Assembly (NCBI GenBank): GCA_042570465.1
Contig: JBHPGO010000001.1
Span: 1,656 to 65,655 of the forward strand
Source: Patescibacteria group bacterium
GTDB taxonomy: Bacteria; Patescibacteriota; Microgenomatia; PFEM01; JBHPGO01
DNA length: 64,000 nucleotides
Reading direction: 5' to 3'
Part shown: in pieces, positions 37,963-45,814 of the stretch
How the letters are laid out: every line of letters starts with the position of its first letter
How positions within the stretch are numbered: the stretch's first letter is position 1
Made by a program: the position numbers and the translations under genes
The notes under the pieces: model-generated
Told to the model about the DNA's origin: nothing
Databases searched by the model: none
What the model saw: the letters and a program-made list of their open reading frames with translations, nothing else

Positions 37963-38865
37963 TCAATCTAGTTGTATATTTTCGTCACGAAGATTTGAGT
38001 AGTAAGCTTTTCTTATAAACATGGGGTCATAATGAATCGAAGATTTGCCGGTGGTGGCGTAATTATATAGCGCAGTAACATAAATACTCTGTAGGTTGTG
38101 AAAAAACACTGCCACTCCAACAAAATAAAATATTATCAAAGAAAATATCAAGGAATCTGTAAGCATATTAGTTGTATTCGAACCAATAATTCCTCCAATA
38201 AACACAAAAGGGAAAGCGGCAAACCATAAAATGACAAAAATTAACCTCATTGAAAATTGACCAGTCAAAGATTTTCCCCAAGTTTTATTAAATAATTCGC
38301 CTGATTTTTTTATTGACTCCTTTATAGTCAAATCATTAAAAATCATCACGGGTATGATAAAAAAATTTATCAAACTCCAGCTAACAAGACTTACGGATCC
38401 AAATATTTTGAATATCACCCTTTCGTTTTTAAAGATCGTTCTAAAAATGAAAACAACCGTTCCGGAAAGTAAAGACCATATAAATATTTCCCCAATGTGT
38501 TTTTGGGCCTTACTAAAACCATCCCTAAAGGTGGGATTTCCGCCGTCAAGTCTGATATTAACGCAAGTCATTAGCCCTGCCTTAAAAAAAGTCGTAATAA
38601 AAGAACTTAAAATATAGAATAACAAGGTAGAAATTAAAAAAAGAGGGATAAAGCCATACATATAAGGCTGAAAACTTGCCTGGTTTTCCACACCCCCTGC
38701 TTTTAAATTAACAATAAACAGATAAAATGGACCCAGGAAACAAACAACCAATGCCAATATATTCAAAAACAAAGAAAATAGTGAGAACCAGATTAATTCC
38801 TTATCTTTCTTAAGTATTGCAAAACTTTGCGATAATAATTGAAAACTAGACCTTACCGGTGACAT
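37963..38865 (-). CDS. polytopic membrane protein
   Basis: Six or more hydrophobic helices; 300 aa. Confidence 0.4.
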   Translation of the reverse strand: MSPVRSSFQLLSQSFAILKKDKELIWFSLFSLFLNILALVVCFLGPFYLFIVNLKAGGVENQASFQPYMYGFIPLFLISTLLFYILSSFITTFFKAGLMTCVNIRLDGGNPTFRDGFSKAQKHIGEIFIWSLLSGTVVFIFRTIFKNERVIFKIFGSVSLVSWSLINFFIIPVMIFNDLTIKESIKKSGELFNKTWGKSLTGQFSMRLIFVILWFAAFPFVFIGGIIGSNTTNMLTDSLIFSLIIFYFVGVAVFFHNLQSIYVTALYNYATTGKSSIHYDPMFIRKAYYSNLRDENIQLD

Positions 38866-38945
38866 TAAATCAACTTCTTGTAAAACTTTATAATGATCTA
38901 ACAGTTAAAGCATTATAACTGTATACAATATTTCAAGATCATAAA

Positions 38946-39440
38946 CTAATCAGTACCTAAATGGTTTTTAAAATATTCTAAAATCTTCCCTTTATTGTAC
39001 CAATCATCAATAATTGGTTTTTCAATTGGCAAAAGAAAAAGTAATCGCTTATCCCAAAGCTTAATCGCCTTGCCGCTATCAAAAAGAACGATTTCAGGAA
39101 TTCCGGGACAATTTTTCCCAAGATATTTATTATCCTTTTCTGAATTAATAATTTTTTTATAAAAACTAAGTTTATAGTGGTTTTCCTTGGCGATATCTTC
39201 AAAGATTGCAGTTATGTTGCAACAAAAATCATATGCCCCTCCGCAGAAAACCACCATGGCTAAACTATCAGCGTTGAGAACCTCATTTTTAAAACTATCG
39301 TCATCAATCTTTTTAACCCATTGACTGTCTTTAGCCCACCACTTATTGCAATTACCCTTTCTAATTTTACTAATTACCAATAGGCCCGAAAGGGCTACCA
39401 GTAAAATAATGATTACGACTAGCCCCTTCTTATTAGTCAT
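38946..39440 (-). CDS. membrane-anchored hypothetical protein (possible thioredoxin-like fold)
   Basis: N-terminal TM; Cys cluster VVFCGGAYDFCC. Weak. Confidence 0.3.
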   Translation of the reverse strand: MTNKKGLVVIIILLVALSGLLVISKIRKGNCNKWWAKDSQWVKKIDDDSFKNEVLNADSLAMVVFCGGAYDFCCNITAIFEDIAKENHYKLSFYKKIINSEKDNKYLGKNCPGIPEIVLFDSGKAIKLWDKRLLFLLPIEKPIIDDWYNKGKILEYFKNHLGTD

Positions 39441-39526
39441 GCCAATCTGCTTCTTATTCTAACATAAATAAGTCTGCTATAGATTTATTAAAAAGTTGCG
39501 TCTCGGTCGGTTGAGGTGCCCGTTCT

Positions 39527-39640
39527 GGCTGCGGGGCAGGGATTCCCCGAAAAACTCTTACTTCGCGCCGGAGGCTTCCAGCCTCGCGCTCACGAAGGGC
39601 GAATATCGGGGCAAGCGATGAGGGTCCAGGCCTCCATATT
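39527..39640 (-). pseudogene. tRNA-Gln 3'-end fragment with GC-rich insert (second copy)
   Basis: Minus-strand reading GACCCTCATCGC...TTTTTCGGGGAATCCCTGCCCCGCAGCC. Confidence 0.5.
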
Positions 39641-39766
39641 TTGTTCGTAGCTTTCTATTCGTTTCTTAATACGGATTCATCTTGTTTGAAAGTCAAGTGG
39701 AGTTGCAGGTTCAAGTCCCCACAAGCTAGACACAAAAACACCCCTTTCGGGGCGTTTTGGTCTAGC

Positions 39767-39835
39767 TGCGGGGCCAGGACTCGAACCTGGATTAATGCCT
39801 TCAAAGGGCACGGTCCTACCATTAGACGACCCCGC
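39767..39835 (-). tRNA. tRNA-Gln(TTG)
   Basis: Acceptor GCGGGGT/GCCCCGC, anticodon stem GTGCC/GGCAT with loop CTTTGAA, T-arm CCAGG-TTCGAGT-CCTGG; the D-arm is short. Confidence 0.65.
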
Positions 39836-39892
39836 AATAAATAATTCACAATTTACAATTACCAATTTTCATATAGGCACGCTAACGCGTGC

Positions 39893-40035
39893 CTCATTTG
39901 GAGCGAGGGACGGGGGTCGGAGGGTCCGAAACAATTTATTTCCTCGAAACCCCTGAACTTAATCCCCCTATCTCTAACTTAATTTGAAAGGTACTCTCAA
40001 CGCGGGTTCTCGCCCAGTCCCACGCAAAATCTTAC
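39893..40035 (-). repeat. ~143-bp tandem unit containing a tRNA-Gly(GCC) 3'-end copy preceded by GGACCCTCC
   Basis: ggagcgagggacgggggtcggagggtccgaaac... is identical to 40036–40182. Confidence 0.65.
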
Positions 40036-40182
40036 AAATATGGAGCGAGGGACGGGGGTCGGAGGGTCCGAAACAATTTATTTCCTCGAAACCCCTGAAC
40101 TTAATCCCCCTATCTCTAACTTAATTTGAAAGGTACTCTCAACGCGGGTTCTCGCCCAGTCCCACGCAAAATCTTACAAATA
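40036..40182 (-). repeat. second tandem unit (tRNA-Gly(GCC) 3'-end copy)
   Basis: Exact repeat; it abuts the genuine tRNA. Confidence 0.65.
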
Positions 40183-40258
40183 TGGAGCGAGGGACGGGGG
40201 TCGAACCCGCGACCTTCTCGTTGGCAACGAGATGTTCTGCCAGCTGAACTACCCTCGC
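40183..40258 (-). tRNA. tRNA-Gly(GCC), CCA encoded
   Basis: Acceptor GCGAGGG/CCCTCGC, D-arm GTTC-AGCTGGCA-GAAC, anticodon stem TCTCG/CGAGA with loop TTGCCAA, T-arm GCGGG-TTCGACC-CCCGT. Confidence 0.8.
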
Positions 40259-40500
40259 GTATTAGTAATGTTTTGGCTTATTTGTCTAACGTAGGTTCTC
40301 CTCTTAGAACAGATTGATTGATTTTTTCATGTAATTCTCTCGAATCCCGGACAGTTAAGGTTGCTTGCCTTCTTGCCATTTCAGGAGACATTCCTGAGGT
40401 CGTAAATTGATTTGTCAAGTGGTCTCTGAATTTTCGATCTACTCCACAAATAATAATAGATGTTTCCATTTTTAATCCTCCCTTCTTTCAATATTCACTG

Positions 40501-40573
40501 TGCCAGGGAGCAGAATCGAACTGCTATCTCATGTTTTTCAGACACGCGCCGTGACCACCTTGGCTACCCTGGC
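40501..40573 (-). tRNA. tRNA-Phe(GAA)
   Basis: Acceptor GCCAGGG/CCCTGGC, anticodon stem CGTGT/ACATG with loop CTGAAAA, T-arm AGCAG-TTCGATT-CTGCT. Confidence 0.75.
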
Positions 40574-40820
40574 AAACATTTATTAATCTCCTCATTTCGA
40601 CATTACCTTTGCCCGTGTTTTTAAAATACCACTCTCTCTTAAATGCCTCACTTTTATTAGTATACTCTTCGAAATATATTAGTTTTAAGGGTTTTCGATA
40701 CTTTGTTGATTTGTTTTTGCCTTGGTTATGTTCTTCTAGTCTGTTTTCTAAATTATTGGTTGCTCCGATATATAGATTACTGTCTTTTTTACTTTTCAAA
40801 ACATAGACATAAAATTTCAT
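40524..40820 (-). CDS. GIY-YIG nuclease family protein (YhbQ-like); the nominal reading frame runs into the tRNA-Phe gene
   Basis: MKFYVYVLKSKKDSNLYIGATNNLENRLEEHNQGK; the upstream in-frame extension to 40910 is a tRNA-Phe 5' fragment and not coding. Confidence 0.55.
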   Translation of the reverse strand: MKFYVYVLKSKKDSNLYIGATNNLENRLEEHNQGKNKSTKYRKPLKLIYFEEYTNKSEAFKREWYFKNTGKGNVEMRRLINVCQGSQGGHGACLKNMR

Positions 40821-40827
40821 AAAATTT

Positions 40828-40895
40828 GTGACCACCCCCGAGGGGGCCCTTTCAGGGTCCTGATAGGACGCCTTCGGCGCTTGGCTACCCTGGCA
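40828..40895 (-). repeat. tRNA-Phe 5' fragment (GCCAGGGTAGCCAAG...GTGGTCAC) split by a ~45-nt GC-rich hairpin insert in the D-loop
   Basis: Compared with 40546–40573; the insert is cgccgaaggcgtcctatcaggaccctgaaagggccccctcgggg. Confidence 0.55.
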
Positions 40896-41019
40896 GTTAG
40901 TCTTGGGCAATAAGATTTTAACAAAAAATGACTAAGATAACAATAATCTTGACCTAAGTATAGAATTATTCACTTGACAGAAGATAGTCGGGCTGATAAA
41001 TTTAATTAAGGAAAAAACT

Positions 41020-41829
41020 ATGGCTGATGATGAAAAAAAACTGAGCGAGGAAGAAGAAAAAAAAGAGGAAGAAAGCAAGGAAGAAAAGCCTGAAGAAGTG
41101 GAGTCTATGGAAGAAACTAAGGAAAAAGAAAAGCCCGTTGAAGAAGTTACTGAAAAAAAGTCAGAGGAATCTGATTCTGAATCTAAAACAGGGCAAAGCT
41201 TGACTGAAGAAGGAGAGGCAAAAGAAAGCTCTTCTGATGAGACTGAAGAGACGGCTGAATATTCAAGCGAATTAATTGTCGACGAAGCTTCATCTGGGAA
41301 AAAGAGCTTCTTTAGTAAAAAACTTCTTTTAATTGTTTTACTCGTGGCAGCCACTGTTTCTTTGATCACCGGAGGTATATTAGTCTACCGAAAAGCAATC
41401 AATAAGCAAGAAAACAAGGCCTCTGTGACAGAGATTGAAAGTAGTCCGACCCCACTTCCAGCCACGGCTGACGCGGCCTCACCTTCGGCCAAATTAAAGA
41501 GAGACGAGTTAAAAGTTCAAGTGCTTAATGGCTCCGGAGTTCCAGGTGCCGCCGGGGTTGGTCAGGAATTTCTTGAAAGCCTTGGTTACCAAGAAGTAGA
41601 AACAGGTAATGCTGATAATTATGACTTTGAAGATTCAGTTGTTTCGCTAAACGAAGAAAACAAGGAATTATTTGCTGAAATTAAAAAAGATTTATCTGAA
41701 AAGTATTCGGTGGGTGAAAAAGCAGAAGTTCTGGAAGAATCCAGTGAATATGATCTTGTCATCACCCTAGGTCAAGAGCTGGAAGAGGCTGAGACTGAAG
41801 AGGAAGAAGCAGAGGCAGAAGAAGAATAA
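41020..41829 (+). CDS. acidic membrane-anchored LytR_C (LytR C-terminal) domain protein
   Basis: TM LLLIVLLVAATVSLITGGILV; LKVQVLNGSGVPGAAGVGQEFLESLGY matches LytR_C. Confidence 0.5.
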   Translation: MADDEKKLSEEEEKKEEESKEEKPEEVESMEETKEKEKPVEEVTEKKSEESDSESKTGQSLTEEGEAKESSSDETEETAEYSSELIVDEASSGKKSFFSKKLLLIVLLVAATVSLITGGILVYRKAINKQENKASVTEIESSPTPLPATADAASPSAKLKRDELKVQVLNGSGVPGAAGVGQEFLESLGYQEVETGNADNYDFEDSVVSLNEENKELFAEIKKDLSEKYSVGEKAEVLEESSEYDLVITLGQELEEAETEEEEAEAEEE

Positions 41830-41848
41830 ACATTCCTAAAAATTACTC

Positions 41849-42121
41849 CTATTTTCTTGGATTATCGTCTTTGGTTGTGCCGTACCAGGTATACAGGTCA
41901 GCAGCATGCTCATCAATTTTCCTCAATTCTTCGACAATCTTCATTCGAACAATGAATGAGGAAACAACGGGTTGATCTCTTTCTTCAATCCAAGAAGCAA
42001 CAGTTTCTGCCAATGAATCCGCTTGCTCTGGAGCCAAACCAGCTGATTGTGCGACTTTAGAGACTTTCTTGGGATCAAAGTCTTCGACTACCCCATCTCT
42101 TCTAATGACTTTAATATTCAT
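41849..42121 (-). CDS. stand-alone ATP-cone domain protein (~90 aa)
   Basis: MNIKVIRRDGVVEDFDPKKVSKVAQSAG. The ORF-track extension to 42259 overlaps tRNA-Val and is rejected. Confidence 0.5.
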   Translation of the reverse strand: MNIKVIRRDGVVEDFDPKKVSKVAQSAGLAPEQADSLAETVASWIEERDQPVVSSFIVRMKIVEELRKIDEHAADLYTWYGTTKDDNPRK

Positions 42122-42146
42122 ATTTATTGTTTTAATAAGCCTCCAG

Positions 42147-42220
42147 TGGGTCCACCAGGAGTCGAACCTGGAACCTTTGCGATGTAAACGCAACGCTCTA
42201 GCCAGTTGAGCTATGGACCC
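42147..42220 (-). tRNA. tRNA-Val(TAC)
   Basis: Acceptor GGGTCCA/TGGACCC, anticodon stem TTGCG/CGCAA with loop TTTACAT, T-arm CCAGG-TTCGACT-CCTGG. Confidence 0.8.
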
Positions 42221-42346
42221 AGACCACTTGATTTTATCTAAGAACCAGTGTTTTTGCAACTATTGCCATTATTCATCGTTGCTCATGATTGGCACCTGGC
42301 TTTAGTTTTTTAATGATTGGAATTTAGCGTATTTTTGGAAAATTCC

Positions 42347-42412
42347 AGGGGTGTCAACCCGTCTCGACTCGGGTCGATCCGAGGCGGACCTAAGTCACCC
42401 CGGGGGTGGACG
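42347..42412. repeat. palindromic 23-mer (ggggtgtcaacc..taagtcacccc) interrupted by an H2 GC-rich insert
   Basis: The same 23-mer occurs at 19641 and 20398; the insert cgtctcgactcgggtcgatccgaggcggacc matches 3106 and 8396. Confidence 0.55.
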
Positions 42413-42438
42413 TGGTGCAAGAGAAATATATATAATAG

Positions 42439-42521
42439 TGCGCTCGGTGGGACTCGAACCCACACGCCCCGAAGAGCATAGGTCCTCAACCTATTGCGTA
42501 TGCCAATTCCGCCACGAGCGC
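42439..42521 (-). tRNA. tRNA-Leu(GAG)
   Basis: Acceptor GCGCTCG/CGAGCGC, anticodon stem ATAGG/CCTAT with loop TTGAGGA, long variable arm, T-loop TTCGAGT. Confidence 0.75.
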
Positions 42522-42607
42522 AAATATCAGCTAATTTTCAGTTAAATCTTACCAAATTTTAAGGCTCTTGGCTAGACATGTAAAAGAATTTCAAATAAAA
42601 TATCATT

Positions 42608-43390
42608 GTGAATATCAATCAAAAACCAACTGTTTCAGTCGTAATTTGTGCTTATAATGAGGAAAAATATCTTGGCCAAACCATTTCTTCAGCCCTGAAA
42701 TGCCCCACGGCCGAAGAAATTATCGTCGTCAATGACGGTTCGACTGACAAGACAAAAAATGTGCTTAAATCCTTCAAGGATAAGATAATCAGCGTTTCCT
42801 ATAAAAAGAATAAAGGTAAAGGATATGCTTTTTCAAAAGGAATAAAAGCCGCCAATGGGCAGATCATAGTCATGCTTGACGCTGATTTAAAAAATCTTCA
42901 AGAAAAGCACCTTAAGAAAATGGTCAAGCCGATTTTAAAAAGAGAAACAAACTTTGTTCTTGTTCAGTTACACAAAAAAAACTTGCTTTTATCCTTAACT
43001 GGTCAAAGAGCCTACTTAAAAGAACTTCTAGTTCCCTACCTTTCTATAATTAAAAATTCTCGTTACGGGCTGGAAACATATTTAAATGATATTTACAAAA
43101 TAAGATGGGGGAAAACTGTTAAACTCAGTGACCTAGGACACTACTTAACAACTGAAAAAACATCGGGCAATGAAGTTATCAATAAATACATTCAAGAAAT
43201 TATTGAAATTTCAAAATCCAGAGCCGAAATTCAGCTTAGGAAATATAAAACTCTCAAAAAATTACTTAATCGTAAAGAAATTAAATCTCTCCGTTCTTTG
43301 CACAAGACGCTTAATGAAATCAAAGATAAGGAAATCTCCGAACTTGCAGATACCTACTTTATTCCCTATCTTAAAAAGAACCTCAGGTAA
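42608..43390 (+). CDS. family 2 glycosyltransferase (Dpm1/DPG-synthase-like)
   Basis: VSVVICAYNEEKYL...VVNDGSTDKT...LDAD. Confidence 0.7.
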   Translation: MNINQKPTVSVVICAYNEEKYLGQTISSALKCPTAEEIIVVNDGSTDKTKNVLKSFKDKIISVSYKKNKGKGYAFSKGIKAANGQIIVMLDADLKNLQEKHLKKMVKPILKRETNFVLVQLHKKNLLLSLTGQRAYLKELLVPYLSIIKNSRYGLETYLNDIYKIRWGKTVKLSDLGHYLTTEKTSGNEVINKYIQEIIEISKSRAEIQLRKYKTLKKLLNRKEIKSLRSLHKTLNEIKDKEISELADTYFIPYLKKNLR

Positions 43391-43525
43391 ATTTTGTGAA
43401 AGTCAGTTTCTTAAGACCATTATTTGAAAACAGCTAGTATATTTTCTATACTGAAGACAATAACAACTTCATATTTTATACAATCAACTGGTCATTGATT
43501 TGAAGGTTGGGGGGAAAAACAGGAT

Positions 43526-44797
43526 ATGATTAGAAGATTATTGATTCTCTTTTCTCTTTTTGGAATAATCTTTTTATTAGCTTTAAGTTCAAGTTTTCCA
43601 AAAACAAACCTCTTTGTTAAAGAAATTGAAGCCTCCTCGGTATTAAGTTTTCCTGAAGATCACTCAGAGCACCCCACCTTTAATGCTGAATGGTGGTACC
43701 TCAACCTGCTTACCCGAACATTAAAAACTGACGGAACTGACCAAAGAGATTTGGCATATGTATTGTCATTTTCACGAATTCTGGGTTCCAATAATTTGCT
43801 TAGTAGTAGGTATGATGATGTCTCAAAATCCTTCGGAGAAAATACCGAACAAAATGGCAGCTTAGTAGTTCAACTATTGGACGGTAATCGGTTATTTGTT
43901 CAATTTAGTAAAAACCTTGAGATCTCCACTTTAGAGGAATTACCCACAGGAATTGACAGGAAAAGAGTTTATCATCTAGCAGGGAGGACGGCTGATATGG
44001 GAGTTTTTGACCTCACGCTCAAAGAAAGATCAGTTGTTTCTTCAGGCTTTAACTCTCCGCTTCTTTGGGGAGGAACAACTGGTAATTGCCAGGGAAGAAT
44101 TTCAGTTTTTTCCCAAGACGATACATATTATTACAGCGTTCCTGATCTTGATATCTCGGGAACAATTACAGAAAATGACGGAACTGAAAGAAATGTATTA
44201 ATCGGTAAGGCTTGGATTGACCATCAATGGTTTAATAGTGGACCGCCAACAGATTGGCTGGGACACTATTGGACCAATCTTCATTTTACTCACTCAACCA
44301 GCTTGTATAGCCCCGGACCACATCAGGCCTTTGGGTATGTAACCCAAATATATAATGATGGTCCTCGATACTCTTATTGGGTAAAAAGAAATACTGATGG
44401 AACAAATGAGTGCGGAAGCGATGGAACGATGATTATCAACAGCTTTGGTTCCACCGACTATCCAAATTTTTGGACCGTTAACAACGGAATTCTTAGGGCA
44501 AATGGATATTCCTTTTCAGATAATCAAATTTACCAACCCCCGACTGGACCAAGCTTTATTGAAGCAGCTTCGTTTTATTCAGGGACACTGAGTGGAACGC
44601 CTTTTACTGGCTTAGGCTTCTTTGAAACCCATCTTATGTTAGGAGACTTTAATGGTGACGGCGAGATCAATAGTTTTGAGGTAAAGTTACTTTTGTCTCA
44701 CTGGACTCAGTTAGATTTACCAAGTTACGATTTAGTAGAAGATAACAAAATTAATGTCCTTGACCTTTCGACAATAATTAATCTATGGAAACCTTGA
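43526..44797 (+). CDS. secreted AttH/CrtC-like (lipocalin-like) domain protein with C-terminal dockerin
   Basis: Signal peptide; FPEDHSEHPTFNAEWWYLNLL matches the AttH family N-terminus. The C-terminal DFNGDGEINSFEVKLLLSHW...DLVEDNKINVLDLSTIINLW is a dockerin pair. Confidence 0.5.
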   Translation: MIRRLLILFSLFGIIFLLALSSSFPKTNLFVKEIEASSVLSFPEDHSEHPTFNAEWWYLNLLTRTLKTDGTDQRDLAYVLSFSRILGSNNLLSSRYDDVSKSFGENTEQNGSLVVQLLDGNRLFVQFSKNLEISTLEELPTGIDRKRVYHLAGRTADMGVFDLTLKERSVVSSGFNSPLLWGGTTGNCQGRISVFSQDDTYYYSVPDLDISGTITENDGTERNVLIGKAWIDHQWFNSGPPTDWLGHYWTNLHFTHSTSLYSPGPHQAFGYVTQIYNDGPRYSYWVKRNTDGTNECGSDGTMIINSFGSTDYPNFWTVNNGILRANGYSFSDNQIYQPPTGPSFIEAASFYSGTLSGTPFTGLGFFETHLMLGDFNGDGEINSFEVKLLLSHWTQLDLPSYDLVEDNKINVLDLSTIINLWKP

Positions 44798-44870
44798 CTT
44801 ATGATTGTCTGCCTTGGGAACTCATTGAAGTCTGTTAAAACCCACCTAAAACTAAGCTGTTTCGAGAATT

Positions 44871-45188
44871 TTAGTAGGTCCTTTTTATCCTAGAAGGAGT
44901 CATTTCTCTTTTGACAGGTTCACCATTGAGTGTGCAGCCCTCAAGGTCCTTTCTCCCATTTAATGTTCCTGCAGCTTGCAAAATATTCTTACCCAGACCT
45001 AGGGCAATTTCATCTCTTTCTGCAAGTAAGGCACGATTATCTTCAAGGGTAATCGTACCCCCACCCTTTTTTTCGAACCTTATCCTTGTTCTCACAAGCG
45101 CCGCAGTAGAATTGTCTACCAACCAATTCGCATATGTATTAAAGTCAACTTTTTTGACCCTTGCTTCATTATTCTTTACTCTTTCCAT
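44871..45188 (-). CDS. hypothetical protein (105 aa)
   Basis: An ORF with no other support; the antisense ORF 44911..45228 was judged less likely. Confidence 0.3.
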   Translation of the reverse strand: MERVKNNEARVKKVDFNTYANWLVDNSTAALVRTRIRFEKKGGGTITLEDNRALLAERDEIALGLGKNILQAAGTLNGRKDLEGCTLNGEPVKREMTPSRIKRTY

Positions 45189-45454
45189 CTCAGCATCTTC
45201 TCCTTTTTATAATTTAATTTATTTATAAATAAAATTAAAATAGCCTGTTTGTTCAGTATTATAGCAATTTTCTACAAAATCTACAAGTTTTTGGTCTTTA
45301 GTTGATTAACAAATAAGCAATGAAAAAGTTGTATTTATTCAAGTCTTTTGTTCACTTCTGAGGGTTTCTCGTTTCTCCACAAGTAAATTCTGTTTTGCAG
45401 AAGTGCCCTAGGGGAGAGTCGTCACGCACCAGAGTCCGGCGAAGCCGGACACGA

Positions 45455-45560
45455 AGCATGACACCCTATACCGTGTTTGCTGAAGGCGAATTCTGGTATA
45501 CGGGCGAACCCACATGGATTTGCATCCACACAGTCCTGAACTCCGCCAAAGGCGGACAGG
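45455..45560 (-). pseudogene. internal copy of tRNA-Leu(CAG) (anticodon arm to T-loop TTCG) with a 20-nt hairpin insert in the anticodon stem
   Basis: Minus-strand reading CACG[cctgtccgcctttggcggag]TTCAGGACTGTGTGGATGCAAATCCATGTGGGTTCG, then diverges. Confidence 0.55.
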
Positions 45561-45584
45561 CGTGCGCTTGTACCTCCAAATAAG

Positions 45585-45668
45585 TGCCGATGGTGGGAGT
45601 CGAACCCACATGGATTTGCATCCACACAGTCCTGAACCGTGCGCGTCTGCCAATTCCGCCACATCGGC
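45585..45668 (-). tRNA. tRNA-Leu(CAG)
   Basis: Acceptor GCCGATG/CATCGGC, D-arm GCGG-AATTGGCAGA-CGC, anticodon stem CACGG/CTGTG with loop TTCAGGA, long variable arm, T-loop TTCGACT. Confidence 0.75.
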
Positions 45669-45790
45669 ATATTTTGGTCTGTCTGCCCGCCTCGCGTCGA
45701 TGAGCGACACGAGTCGAGGCGGGCCCGCCTCGCGTCGACTCGAATATTTATTTCCGCGAGTCGAGGCGGGCCAATTCCAGCACCAGGGGC
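45669..45790 (-). repeat. tRNA-Leu D-arm fragment (ggaattggc) followed by two tandem ~46-nt GC-rich palindromes (H1 family), then cagac, immediately 5' of tRNA-Leu(CAG)
   Basis: cccgcctcgactcgcggaaataaatattcgagtcgacgcgaggcggg is near-identical to the insert at 24356 and 24682. Confidence 0.6.
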
Positions 45791-45814
45791 CTGCTTTTTA
45801 ATTATAACACTGGC

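Noticed and set aside
39640-39766. Possible additional tRNA (GGTTCAAGTCCCC T-loop-like sequence) between the GC repeat and tRNA-Gln
   Set aside because: I could not form a paired acceptor stem or a canonical cloverleaf by hand on either strand. It is recorded only as a tRNA-like remnant and needs tRNAscan-SE to settle.
24337-40895. Split or trans-spliced tRNA genes (Nanoarchaeum-style halves with GC-rich complementary leaders)
   Set aside because: Intact, colinear copies of every affected tRNA are present right beside the fragments. Bacteria also lack the BHB splicing endonuclease such a system would need. Fragments from duplication or insertion are the simpler explanation.
40822-40910. N-terminal extension of the GIY-YIG ORF (MPKTNCQGSQAPKASYQDPERAPSGVV...) as real coding sequence
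   Set aside because: This stretch is a recognisable copy of the tRNA-Phe 5' end plus a GC hairpin insert. The conserved GIY-YIG domain begins at the internal Met (MKFYVYVLKS).
45408-45710. ORF-track CDSs 45408..45710(-), 45422..45670(-), 45514..45801(+), 45639..45836(+)
   Set aside because: All lie within the GC-rich tRNA-Leu(CAG) gene, its partial copy and the H1 palindromes. They are open frames only because GC-rich sequence lacks stop codons.
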